Positions 28,327 through 37,695 of a stretch of DNA of 64,000 nucleotides are shown here, piece after piece. The translations under genes and the position numbers were made by a program. The stretch is from Clostridia bacterium (GTDB lineage Bacteria > Bacillota > Clostridia > Oscillospirales > CAG-382): the NCBI GenBank assembly GCA_017436675.1, contig JAFSCS010000031.1:638-64637 (forward strand), read 5' to 3'. The number at the start of each line of letters is the position of its first letter. Position 1 is the stretch's first letter. Under the pieces are notes generated by a model. It was not told the DNA's origin, did no database searches, and was given only the letters and a program-made list of their open reading frames with translations.

Positions 28327-30569
28327 GTTTCACAATAGGTAGTTTATTCGACGGCTCGGGCGGTTTTCCGCTATCAGCATTTATGTGTGGCGGTGTGCCT
28401 GTGTGGGCATCCGAAATCGAGCCGTATCCAATAGCAGTAACTACATCAAGGTTTCCATATATGAAACATATCGGTAGCGTCACCGATGTAAATGGCGCAA
28501 ATGTAGAACCCGTGGACGTTATCACATTCGGTTCACCTTGTCAAGATTTATCCGTGGCGGGTAAACGAGCAGGATTGAAGCACGAAGATAACGGCGACGA
28601 CGAAACAACACGAAGCGGTTTGTTTATGGAAGCCGTAAGAATTATTAAAGAAATGAGGGAGAAGACCAATGGAGAATATCCAAAATTCGCAGTATGGGAA
28701 AACGTTCCCGGAGCCTTTAGTAGCAACAAAGGAGAGGACTTCCGTATCGTCCTCGAAGAACTTATTAAAATCGTCGAGCCGTCAGCCGTTATGCCTGATG
28801 TTCCTAAATTCGGATGGGCTTACGCCGACAGTTATAGCGGAAACGGATGGAGCATCGCTTACCGAGTTCTTGACGCTCAATATTGGGGAGTCGCCCAACG
28901 TCGCAGAAGAATCTACCTTGTCCTCGATCTTAGAGGTCAATGCGCCCGAAAAGTATTATTTGAGCGCGAAGGCTTGCGAGGGTATTTTACGGAGGGCAGA
29001 ACGCCGTGGCAAACAACTCCCGCCGATGTTGAAAGAAGCGTTGGAGCAAATGATAGCGCGGTCGGATGCGACCTTTACAACCATACACTAACAGGCGATA
29101 AGGCAGTAACGCTAAACGCTAATAGTGGCACAAGTGCAAACCACGCAGGTCCTACGGTCGCAATCCCTTATACATTAAAAATCCGTTCGGGTGTATCGGT
29201 CGATAGTTACGGCAAGGCGGCGGGAAAAGGTGCTTTGATTCAAAAAAATCTTTCCGCTACGCTTGGAGTGAGTCAAGACCAATACCTCTTTCAGCCCGTA
29301 TGTTACGGCATCGGTGCATACGATAGTAACGCTATGAAATCGGATAACCCTCATAGCGGTATCTATGAAGCTGACACGAGCCGAACGCTCGATGTGAATG
29401 GTGGCAACCCCGCTTGTAATCAAGGCGGGATAGCGATAGTACAAGGTATTGACGGATATAATGCCGATGTCACGGGAGACAAAGCGGCGACGCTCGGCGT
29501 GAACTGCGGAATGTCAACGGGTAGAAACGGCGTAATAACAGTTGAACCCGGCATAGCTGCAAGAGAGGGCGGTCACATATACGAAGGCGTAAGCGGTGGT
29601 AACGTGCCGATGGTGATGGAAACGGTTGGAGTAGATTGCTACAACCTCTGCACCACGGGAGGCGTTGGGCGTACCGTTACCACGGCAAGCGGCGGTTTAA
29701 ATGAACATATCCCCGTTGTTATGTGTATGGCTACCCAACAAGGCGGTGCAGAAATCGCAGAAAATCTCTGCCCCACCATTACGGCGGCGGCAGGTATGAG
29801 CGGAAACAATCAACCCGTAGCGGTTTATGAAGAAACCGTAGCGCTCGAAGGCAACGGACAACGCCCCTCTCACAGAGGCGACGGATATTCCGTAACCGAT
29901 AAGAGTTATACGCTTAACTCTACGGAGGTACACGGCGTTGTATATGCGGTAGATCAGGGTGGTGGCAAATCACAAGCGAATGTTTCTGAAAATCTATCAC
30001 CCACACTTACTTGCACTCACGGAGGCGAACCCGCGGTATGTCTCGGCATAGGTATTCAATCCTCGCAAGGTGTAGATAAAATTGGTGAAGATTTGTCGCC
30101 TTGTCTTATCAATGGTAGCAATCCCGGTTGGCAAAACGGCGTAGCATACGCTGAATGCCTCGAAACATTCCATTGTACGACGGAGGAAAACAAAGCTCAA
30201 CCGTTAAAAGCGAGGGATTATAAAGACCCGCTAACGGTAGTATATTCCGATACATCGCCGAAATACATAGTTCGCCGTCTCACACCTACCGAGTGTGCGA
30301 GATTACAAGGTTTTCCCGATCGATGGGGCGATATTGACAAGAAAACCGAGTTTACCGATGAAGAATATCAGTTTTGGCTCAATGTTCGTAATACTCACGC
30401 TGAAATCAATGGTAAGCAAGTTAAGGAATACGACAAAAAGCAAATGCTCACTTGGTATAACAAGCTGCACAACGATTCGGCAGAGTATAAACTGTGGGGC
30501 AACGGCATCGCCCTTCCGTGTGCTTTATATGTAATGCAAGGAATAGCAGAAATCGTAGAGCAACATTGA
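28323..30569 (+). CDS. DNA (cytosine-5)-methyltransferase with a very long variable region
   Basis: SLFDGSGG, GSPCQDLS.AG, WENVPG, Q.RRR, RRLTPTECARLQGFP, GNG. Confidence 0.92.
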   Translation: MSFTIGSLFDGSGGFPLSAFMCGGVPVWASEIEPYPIAVTTSRFPYMKHIGSVTDVNGANVEPVDVITFGSPCQDLSVAGKRAGLKHEDNGDDETTRSGLFMEAVRIIKEMREKTNGEYPKFAVWENVPGAFSSNKGEDFRIVLEELIKIVEPSAVMPDVPKFGWAYADSYSGNGWSIAYRVLDAQYWGVAQRRRRIYLVLDLRGQCARKVLFEREGLRGYFTEGRTPWQTTPADVERSVGANDSAVGCDLYNHTLTGDKAVTLNANSGTSANHAGPTVAIPYTLKIRSGVSVDSYGKAAGKGALIQKNLSATLGVSQDQYLFQPVCYGIGAYDSNAMKSDNPHSGIYEADTSRTLDVNGGNPACNQGGIAIVQGIDGYNADVTGDKAATLGVNCGMSTGRNGVITVEPGIAAREGGHIYEGVSGGNVPMVMETVGVDCYNLCTTGGVGRTVTTASGGLNEHIPVVMCMATQQGGAEIAENLCPTITAAAGMSGNNQPVAVYEETVALEGNGQRPSHRGDGYSVTDKSYTLNSTEVHGVVYAVDQGGGKSQANVSENLSPTLTCTHGGEPAVCLGIGIQSSQGVDKIGEDLSPCLINGSNPGWQNGVAYAECLETFHCTTEENKAQPLKARDYKDPLTVVYSDTSPKYIVRRLTPTECARLQGFPDRWGDIDKKTEFTDEEYQFWLNVRNTHAEINGKQVKEYDKKQMLTWYNKLHNDSAEYKLWGNGIALPCALYVMQGIAEIVEQH
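28669..29091 (+). CDS. Nested alternative-frame ORF inside the methyltransferase gene
   Basis: GAGGGAG upstream of the ATG; STLSSILEVNAPEKYYLSAKACEGILRRAERRGKQLP recalls the M.EcoHK31I beta-type polypeptide. Confidence 0.6.
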   Translation: MENIQNSQYGKTFPEPLVATKERTSVSSSKNLLKSSSRQPLCLMFLNSDGLTPTVIAETDGASLTEFLTLNIGESPNVAEESTLSSILEVNAPEKYYLSAKACEGILRRAERRGKQLPPMLKEALEQMIARSDATFTTIH

Positions 30570-30597
30570 TTGCCTTCACATATTAAGGAGGTACTTA

Positions 30598-31395
30598 ATG
30601 AAAGTAATCAAAATTGACCTTCCGCAAGAGTTACCGCAAGTTGAATTACACATATTCGCCGACGAACATTTTGGCGACGAACATTGCGATGTTAAACGCC
30701 TAATGCAACGAATCGAATATGTGCGTGACACACCGACCGCGTATTGCATTTTAAACGGCGATATTATCGACAATGCAACAAAGACGAGCATAGGTGACAC
30801 ATATACACAAACATTCAACCCTATGGAGCAGTTGCGGAGAGCAGTAGAAATCTTTGAGCCTATCAAAGATAAAATTCTCTGCATCACACACGGCAACCAC
30901 GAAAACCGCACATATTAAAAGGAAGGCATCAACCTCTCCGCATTGATGGCAACACAACTCGGTTTAGAGGATAGATACACTTCAACGTCTGCGGTAATGT
31001 TTGTTCGACTCGGAGCAGAAACCCGTGGACGAAAAGAATCAAACGGTAGTGGTTTGACACGCAGAATTTCTTACAGTTTATATGTCCTACATGGTAGTGG
31101 CGGTGGACGTAAAGAGGGTGCAAAGGCTATTCGACTTGCTGACTTAGCATCGATAATCGACACCGATATTTACATTCACTCACACACACATTTACCGCTC
31201 ATTATGAAGCAAGCGTTTCACCGAATCAATTATCAAAACAATAGCGTCGCGATTGTAGATAAGTTGTTCGTAAACACGGCGGCAAACCTCAATTATGGCG
31301 GTTATGGCGAGGCAGGGGCGTTTAAGCCTTCGAGTAAGGAAACTCCCATTATCTATTTGAGCGGAACAAATAAGAGTTTTGTAGCGAGGTTGTAA
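30598..31395 (+). pseudogene. Calcineurin-like metallophosphoesterase with an in-frame TAA at 30916-30918
   Basis: D.H.G, GD..D and GNHE before the stop; HG.G and SHTH after it in the same frame. Confidence 0.8.
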
Positions 31396-31397
31396 AC

Positions 31398-31718
31398 GTG
31401 AATCAAGAAACAATTTTACAAAACAAAATAATCGTCGCTCTCTGTGAGCGTGGGTGTTTCGCGGTAAACCATACCGTCGGCGATTTCTATACGAAATACG
31501 GCGGTAGGGTTTCCGTGGGGAATCCGGGCGAGAGCGATATATGGGGGCATCGCCCCCACGATGGTAAAGCCTTCTATGTGGAGGTTAAAATGCCGGGCGA
31601 GAAGCCTCGCAAAGACCAACTTGATTTTATAGAGGCTATGAAAAATTCAGGTGCAATCGCGGGATGGTGTACGTCCATCCCCGAAGCACTAAACATTGTG
31701 TTTGAAGGAGGAAACTAA
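31398..31718 (+). CDS. VRR-NUC domain nuclease (Holliday-junction resolvase-like)
   Basis: ET.LQ..I, G.SDI, FYVEVK.PG...R..Q..F. Confidence 0.85.
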   Translation: MNQETILQNKIIVALCERGCFAVNHTVGDFYTKYGGRVSVGNPGESDIWGHRPHDGKAFYVEVKMPGEKPRKDQLDFIEAMKNSGAIAGWCTSIPEALNIVFEGGN

Positions 31719-31823
31719 GATGTATGTAAATCCATTTTGGGTAGGCTTTTTGGTAGGTTTCATCGTTGGGATCGCCACGCTTATTATGCTCGTTAATCTC
31801 AGCACAGGAAAGAAGGACGAATA

Positions 31824-32051
31824 ATGAGACGGATCGAAAACGATTGTTGCAGTTGTGCAACGGATACATACCCTTGTAGGGGGTCTTTATGCCCCCTGCT
31901 CAACGCAGAACATATCTATTGTGATAAGTGCAAATACGAGCTAACGGGCGATGTGTTTTTCACATACGACGGACAAGACCTCTGCCCCGATTGTATCATC
32001 GATGCACTTATCGAGGATGAAATAATCGAGAAGGAGGACCATTCGTTGTGA
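31824..32051 (+). CDS. Cys-rich phage hypothetical protein
   Basis: Several CxxC motifs; coupled to neighbouring genes. Confidence 0.65.
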   Translation: MRRIENDCCSCATDTYPCRGSLCPLLNAEHIYCDKCKYELTGDVFFTYDGQDLCPDCIIDALIEDEIIEKEDHSL

Positions 32052-32320
32052 AAGAAACGATTGTATTAGGATTGCTCGGTTTGTTAATGATTCTACTGCT
32101 TATCGAAATAGCGATTTCGCCCACGCTCGATGATGTCGTATGGTGTGAAGATACACATATCGTTCGACACGGTGAAACACTATGGAGCATATCAAAACTG
32201 TATTGTCCTGACTCGGTTGACCGCCGAGAATGGATTGACGAAATTAAGCAGCTTAACAATATCGGCGACACGATTTATGAAGGCGAAGAAATCATAGTTC
32301 TTGTGGAGGTAACGGAATAA
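32048..32320 (+). CDS. Membrane-anchored LysM protein (YneA-like)
   Basis: N-terminal TM; H.V..GETLWSI...Y......WI.EI..LN.I...IY.G..I. Confidence 0.75.
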   Translation: MKETIVLGLLGLLMILLLIEIAISPTLDDVVWCEDTHIVRHGETLWSISKLYCPDSVDRREWIDEIKQLNNIGDTIYEGEEIIVLVEVTE

Positions 32321-32449
32321 TGATGGATAAAAACAAAGCGTTAAAAATGATAGACGAGTATTTAACCGAGCCGAATAGTATTGCTCCCGAATGGGTAGAG
32401 TGCTTACTGTTTTGCCGTAAGTGTATTCAAAAAGCGGAGGAAAGCGACG

Positions 32450-32632
32450 ATGAAAAACCCATGTTATGACATCAAAACAAAAACAGATTGCCCCGATCGT
32501 AAAGGGGGATGCAATAAAGACTGCGAAAAATGGGCGAAATGGTGCGAATTGCGGAACAAAGACTACCGCAGAAGGCTCATGGTGTATTTAAGCAGCACCG
32601 AGGAATTAGAACGAAAACATAGGAGGTTTTAA
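32450..32632 (+). CDS. Small Cys-rich phage hypothetical protein
   Basis: PC...CPDR..GC...CEKW; operon context. Confidence 0.6.
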   Translation: MKNPCYDIKTKTDCPDRKGGCNKDCEKWAKWCELRNKDYRRRLMVYLSSTEELERKHRRF

Positions 32633-32633
32633 T

Positions 32634-32828
32634 ATGACTTGCCCCCAATGTAACGGCAGAACGGAAATATACGACAGCCGACACGAAGACGATGCCGTGA
32701 ACCGCAAGCGCCAATGTCGCAAATGCGGATATCGGTTTCAAACAATAGAAATAGACAAAGATTATTACGAAAGGTTGGTTAAAAAGAAAGACGATGATTG
32801 TAGATTCAGGACACAGACACGAATTTGA
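32634..32828 (+). CDS. NrdR-like N-terminal Zn-ribbon protein without an ATP-cone
   Basis: M.CP.C...T...DSR......RKRQC..CG.RF.T.E; AGGAGG RBS. Confidence 0.8.
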   Translation: MTCPQCNGRTEIYDSRHEDDAVNRKRQCRKCGYRFQTIEIDKDYYERLVKKKDDDCRFRTQTRI

Positions 32829-33261
32829 TTTGGGAGCGGTGAGAGACGTTCAAGAGGGTAAAGGCCGTTGTGATCTTCTCCCTCTCGACGTAGTAGCCGA
32901 ATTATATAACGACGATATTTTTTCGGATATTAATAATTTTATAAGAAGCGGTGACACGGCGCACTTATACGAGGTGTTGAAAAAGATAGCACCTAAATTC
33001 GGTAGTTATTCAACAATGTTGCTCGAAGTATCCATACATTTCGAGGAAGGCGCGAAAAAATATAATGAGCGAAATTGGGAAAAAGGCATAAATGCAAAAA
33101 ATTATATCAATAGTGGCGTAAGACACCTCTTAAAGTGGATACGAGGCGACGAGGACGAAAATCACGAGAGGGCGTTCGTATTTAACATTATGTGTTGTAT
33201 ATGGACTTGTAAGAACAAGCCCGAATTGAATGATTTCAGAAAGGAAACAGAGAATGATTAA
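32794..33261 (+). CDS. dATP/dGTP diphosphohydrolase-domain protein (DUF5664-like)
   Basis: GAVRD..EGKGR.DLLP, GAKKY.ERNWEKG, S..RH, DE.H. Confidence 0.8.
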   Translation: MIVDSGHRHEFDLGAVRDVQEGKGRCDLLPLDVVAELYNDDIFSDINNFIRSGDTAHLYEVLKKIAPKFGSYSTMLLEVSIHFEEGAKKYNERNWEKGINAKNYINSGVRHLLKWIRGDEDENHERAFVFNIMCCIWTCKNKPELNDFRKETEND

Positions 33262-33997
33262 GCTCGAAAGAACACAAACATTAAATTGGGAGGCTGCCAT
33301 TCGTGGTATGAGGAATCCGATGAACTCTTGGGAGTTGAGCGACTCCACCGTCTGTCCTAACGCTGACGGTTTCGAGGATTGTACGGTATCTTGTCTCGGA
33401 AAGTGTCCGAGAGGAGACGATCCTAAATGGAACGAGGCGATTTTCTGTATCGGCCCCAACGACCTCTCACTTATGAAAAAACTCATAAAATCGGGTTCGG
33501 ATCACCGAAAGTTTATGCGACAGATTTTCGTTAGCGTAGATATCACCGCACCGCTTTATTGGTGGAAAGAGTTTGACACTTATAAGGTTGGCACGGTTGC
33601 GAACTCTTGCTCAACAATGCATAAGATACACGAGAAGGAGTTTACTCTTGACGATTTTAGCCACGAGCATCTCAGCAATGACGACTATATGTACGGAGAC
33701 AACGAATATCAATATGATCTTGCATACACATATATTAAAGTTCTCAGAGGGAATATATTCGTATTAAATGTGGCACGAGAACAATATCTCAAAACCCGCG
33801 ATAAGAAATATTGGTGGCAAATGATTCAACTCCTCCCCTCGTCCTACAACCAAAAACGCACCGTAACCCTCAACTACGAAAATCTTTTCAATATGTATCA
33901 CGCACGAAAAAACCATAAGCTCGACGAATGGCGAACACTCTGCGAATGGATCGAGAGCCTGCCATACGCTAAAGAATTGATTGGAGAACAACGATGA
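33254..33997 (+). CDS. ThyX-like (thymidylate synthase complementing-like) protein
   Basis: AIRGMRNP.NSW..SDS, DHRKFMR, APLYWWKEFDTY, NSCSTMH, LPSSYNQKRT, RKNHKL.EW. Confidence 0.7.
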   Translation: MIKLERTQTLNWEAAIRGMRNPMNSWELSDSTVCPNADGFEDCTVSCLGKCPRGDDPKWNEAIFCIGPNDLSLMKKLIKSGSDHRKFMRQIFVSVDITAPLYWWKEFDTYKVGTVANSCSTMHKIHEKEFTLDDFSHEHLSNDDYMYGDNEYQYDLAYTYIKVLRGNIFVLNVAREQYLKTRDKKYWWQMIQLLPSSYNQKRTVTLNYENLFNMYHARKNHKLDEWRTLCEWIESLPYAKELIGEQR

Positions 33998-34434
33998 AAA
34001 ACCAACAACTTCGAGAAAAGTATGAGTTATCAGAAAGCATCTATATGAGTGGTTATGGATTGCTTCGCCAAGATTGTGAAAACATTGCGGAGCAACTTTA
34101 TAACGAGGGTTATCGCAAACAAGAGTGGATAAGCGTTGAAGAGAAGCTACCCGATGATGAGCAAAAAGTCATTGTATCAGCCATAGAAAAAACCTTTGGA
34201 AAGCGATGGACTATAATGGCGGCTCATATAGGATATCACAAAATAACAACAGAGGAATACGGATGGCGAGATTTCGAAGGCGATACAGAATATGACGAAG
34301 AAAACGATTGCTTTTGGATTCCCGAATGTTGGTATGAAACAAATTCGGTAGATGGCAACGATAATTGGATTATTGACGATGATTTTATTGTAACCCATTG
34401 GATGCCTTTGCCCGAAGCACCGAAAGGAGAATGA
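33994..34434 (+). CDS. DUF551-like phage protein
   Basis: EWISVEEKLP ... VTHWMPLPEAP. Confidence 0.8.
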   Translation: MKNQQLREKYELSESIYMSGYGLLRQDCENIAEQLYNEGYRKQEWISVEEKLPDDEQKVIVSAIEKTFGKRWTIMAAHIGYHKITTEEYGWRDFEGDTEYDEENDCFWIPECWYETNSVDGNDNWIIDDDFIVTHWMPLPEAPKGE

Positions 34435-34435
34435 A

Positions 34436-34651
34436 ATGAAAAGGGTTTTCTACAAGGTTTATTTACACGCAACCCATAATTTTTACGGTGATGAACGTAG
34501 GGCGTTAATTCCCGTTTTTATTCCCAAAACGAAACAATCGTTGACAACGGATCAACAAATCGAAATAGGCACACGGGCATTAGAAGCAGAGGGATATTAC
34601 AATATCACCTACGGTAGCACTATCGAAGCAAAATTAATTATTGCAGAATGA
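34436..34651 (+). CDS. Phage hypothetical protein
   Basis: RBS and operon spacing. Confidence 0.6.
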   Translation: MKRVFYKVYLHATHNFYGDERRALIPVFIPKTKQSLTTDQQIEIGTRALEAEGYYNITYGSTIEAKLIIAE

Positions 34652-34665
34652 AAGGACAATGAGCA

Positions 34666-35247
34666 ATGAAAAAAATACCTACATTATTTAAAAGAGAATT
34701 TAACAATCATAAAGTCGTTGGAATAACCAACGAAATCACGCCCGGTTGCGAAGAAGCGTTTCTCAAAGGAAAGGCTACCGTGAAAATCGATGGTAGTTGT
34801 TGCGCGATTATCGGCGGTGAGCTTTACAAGAGATACGATGCAAAACGCAACAAGAAACCACCCAAAGGAGCTATACCGTGTTGCGAACCCGACCCCATAA
34901 CAGGACATTGGCCCCATTGGGTAAAGGTTGACGCTGATTATCCCGGCGATAAATGGTTTGTCGAAGCTTTTAATAATAGTTTCGATTGGGCGCTTAGAAA
35001 TAACAAACTACCGCTTGCAGATGGAACTTATGAAGCCATAGGACCTCACTTTCAAGGAAATCCTCACGGTTTGACAATAGAGTGGTTAGAGCCTCACGGA
35101 ATCTGCGAAATAGAGGTAGAGAGAACTTTCGAGGCTATTAAACAGTATCTCACCGACAATTATATGGAGGGTATTGTATTTTGGCTTGATGGTGAACCCG
35201 TGTGCAAAATCAAACGATCTGATTTCGGCTTAGAATGGGGGGTCTAA
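34666..35247 (+). CDS. DUF5565/RLIG1-like putative RNA ligase
   Basis: MKKIPTLF.R, AT.KIDG (KxDG), GTYEAIGP..QGNP, EGIVF, KIKR.DFG. Confidence 0.7.
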   Translation: MKKIPTLFKREFNNHKVVGITNEITPGCEEAFLKGKATVKIDGSCCAIIGGELYKRYDAKRNKKPPKGAIPCCEPDPITGHWPHWVKVDADYPGDKWFVEAFNNSFDWALRNNKLPLADGTYEAIGPHFQGNPHGLTIEWLEPHGICEIEVERTFEAIKQYLTDNYMEGIVFWLDGEPVCKIKRSDFGLEWGV

Positions 35248-35249
35248 AA

Positions 35250-35507
35250 ATGGCACGATATAACATTTACTACCGCAAGTACAACATTATGGCGAGGGCT
35301 TATATTCCTTACGTTAAAATAGTCGAAACCGACGATATTTACCACGAGGTAGGCAAGATGATTTGTACCTCATTGGAGAAGATCGAGAATATTCGTTACA
35401 CACAACCGAGAGCAAGTCGAGAAGATTGCGAAAAACTGTGGTTAGAACGCGGATATACGAAGATAACGGATACGCTTTGGAGGATGGAAAAGGAAGGAGA
35501 ACAATGA
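35250..35507 (+). CDS. Phage hypothetical protein
   Basis: Open frame coupled to neighbours. Confidence 0.55.
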   Translation: MARYNIYYRKYNIMARAYIPYVKIVETDDIYHEVGKMICTSLEKIENIRYTQPRASREDCEKLWLERGYTKITDTLWRMEKEGEQ

Positions 35508-36055
35508 AATCAGTATTAATATCGATTCAACCGAAATGGTGCGAGCTTATCGCATCGGGTAAAAAGACGGTTGAGGTGCGAAAGACAAGACCGAAGATAG
35601 CGACGCCGTTTAAGTGTTATATCTATTGCACTGCAAACAAACAAGGTACAAAGGATTTGCTTGAAATACACGGAACAGACGGTAAAATCCGAAAGGCAAA
35701 CGGCAAAGTCATAGGCGAGTTTGTGTGTGATTGTATAACACCACTATATAATGTGTGTTATGACGAATGGGAACGGCTTTTAGGCGGCTTGCATAGAATT
35801 GAAAAAGAGCTTGTAGGACAAGCGTGTTTAACCGAAAAAGAACTTCACAGTTATGCAAACGGAAAAAGATGCTATGCGTGGCACATCTCCGACCTTGTTA
35901 TCTATGACAAGCCGAGAGAGTTGAGCGAGTTTAAAAGAGCTTGTCCCGAGTATGTCTATGCTTGTGCTATGTGCCGTCACAGTGATTATACAGGAATGAG
36001 ATGCACGCCAATTACAAGACCACCTCAATCGTGGTTATACGTGGAGGTAGAATGA
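35504..36055 (+). CDS. ASCH/PUA-like domain protein
   Basis: VLISIQPKWCELIASGKKTVEVRK, GKVIGEF, AWHISDL, PPQSW. Confidence 0.8.
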   Translation: MKSVLISIQPKWCELIASGKKTVEVRKTRPKIATPFKCYIYCTANKQGTKDLLEIHGTDGKIRKANGKVIGEFVCDCITPLYNVCYDEWERLLGGLHRIEKELVGQACLTEKELHSYANGKRCYAWHISDLVIYDKPRELSEFKRACPEYVYACAMCRHSDYTGMRCTPITRPPQSWLYVEVE

Positions 36056-36056
36056 A

Positions 36057-37237
36057 ATGATAACTTGTGATAAATGCAAAAAAACGATAGATAAGCCGAT
36101 AGATGAACATTTTCAAACTCATTTGCCTTATGTTTACGCTTGTAGAGCGTGGCAAGTGAAAGGATTTGACTTGTGCGACGATTGTAGAAATCGTTTAGAC
36201 GATGTTGTGGCAAGAGCAAAATGTGCCTTTATCAACCGAAAGGAGAAAGAGAATGACTTGTAAAGAATGTATCCACTATGATGTGTGCGAAGCGTTAGAA
36301 AGTAACGGCATCTCCAAAATTTATCCGTCTCAATGCGGATGTTATAAACCAAAATCACGCTTTATTGAATTGCCTTGTGAGATCGGGCAGACGGTGTATG
36401 TGTTGTGGGCATATACTAAAGCCCGCAAAAAACAGGTATATCCCGCAACAGTCTACGCCTTACGCTACGACCAAAAGAAAAACAATATGAGAGTATGTGT
36501 CAAGGGCGAATTTAAAATGGAAAGCTACGGTGGATGGTACACACATTATTATCAAGGCACTTTTACTTGGGAAAATGTCGGCAAAACAGTATTTCTCACC
36601 AAAGAAGAAGCAGAAAAAGCACTTGAAGAAAGGAATAAGAAATGAACGAGAACACATTATTCGTATCGAGTGACTTTTTGAAGAAAAGAAAACACATTCA
36701 CTATTTGATGAAATACAGCACACATAATTCTGCTCACGCTATTGCGACATTTAATAGCAAAAAGAACACAATAACACTTAAAGAAGAAGCGTTTGAATTG
36801 TGTTCGGTAGCAAAAGATTTTGTTAGGTTGGCTTTGGAAGATGAAAGGAACAAACAACAATGATAGATAACGAGATTATAAAGGCTTTGGAGTGTATAAG
36901 CGGTAAATTGATCTTTTGCCAAAATTGTGCATACAACAAAAGCGATGGACCGTCTTATGCTTGTATAGAAAGGGCTGCGAAAGATGCCCTCGACCTTTTC
37001 AACCGCCTAAAAGCAGAGAATGATAGGTTGGAGAAAGCGGGAAATGAAGCGGTATCATGCTTCAACCGAATGGAAAGTCTTTACAACATAAAAAATATGG
37101 AATTAAAGGTTGCCAAAGCCGAAGCAATAGAAGAGTTTGCGGAGAGGTTGAAAAGCAAATGCGATTCTCCGCATTGGTGCGTATGGATGAGGGATATCAA
37201 TGACCTTGTAAAAGAAATGGTAGGTGAAAACGAGTGA
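36057..37237 (+). other. Run of four small phage hypothetical genes (36057-36263, 36253-36645, 36642-36863, 36860-37237)
   Basis: Overlapping start/stop codons; common phage motifs such as GKTVFLTKEEAEKAL and AIEEFAERLK. Confidence 0.65.
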
Positions 37238-37569
37238 AAATACCTGAGTCAATAAGGATCGGCGGCGTTGAATATGAGATTAAATACAAAGATAATTTAA
37301 GAGACGGAAACCGACTCCTATATGGTCAAATTAATTACGATGATTGCGTAATCTATCTCTCGACGACCGACGGAACGGGTCATCAGCATATGTGCATTAC
37401 TCTTTTGCACGAGATATTGCACGGTATCCGTGAACACGCAGGATTCGAAATCGAAGACGAAGAAAAGGTAGTTGATATTTTATCAAAAGGGCTATACCAA
37501 GTTTTGCAAGATAACGGCAAAAGGCTTTTCGATATAGCAGAACGGAGGGAAGACGATGCAACTAATTGA
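37234..37569 (+). CDS. Small HExxH metallopeptidase-like phage protein
   Basis: LYGQI.Y....I, TLLHEILHG. Confidence 0.7.
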   Translation: MKIPESIRIGGVEYEIKYKDNLRDGNRLLYGQINYDDCVIYLSTTDGTGHQHMCITLLHEILHGIREHAGFEIEDEEKVVDILSKGLYQVLQDNGKRLFDIAERREDDATN

Positions 37570-37695
37570 TCTATTTCCATACTACAAGATATCCAAAGAG
37601 GATTTGAGAGCAGGAACACCAAACGGAAGGTATTTACCTTCTCGCTCAAAAAAACTTAAAAATAAGCGTTTAAAGAAGCAGAAAGGCAAAAGGAA

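Noticed and set aside
26969-31395. Stop-codon reassignment (TAG or TAA) as the explanation for the interrupted phage genes
   Set aside because: Reading through the helicase TAG stays in the wrong frame and hits TGA a few codons later. TAG and TAA end many other phage genes normally (e.g. 24653, 47962, 51735).
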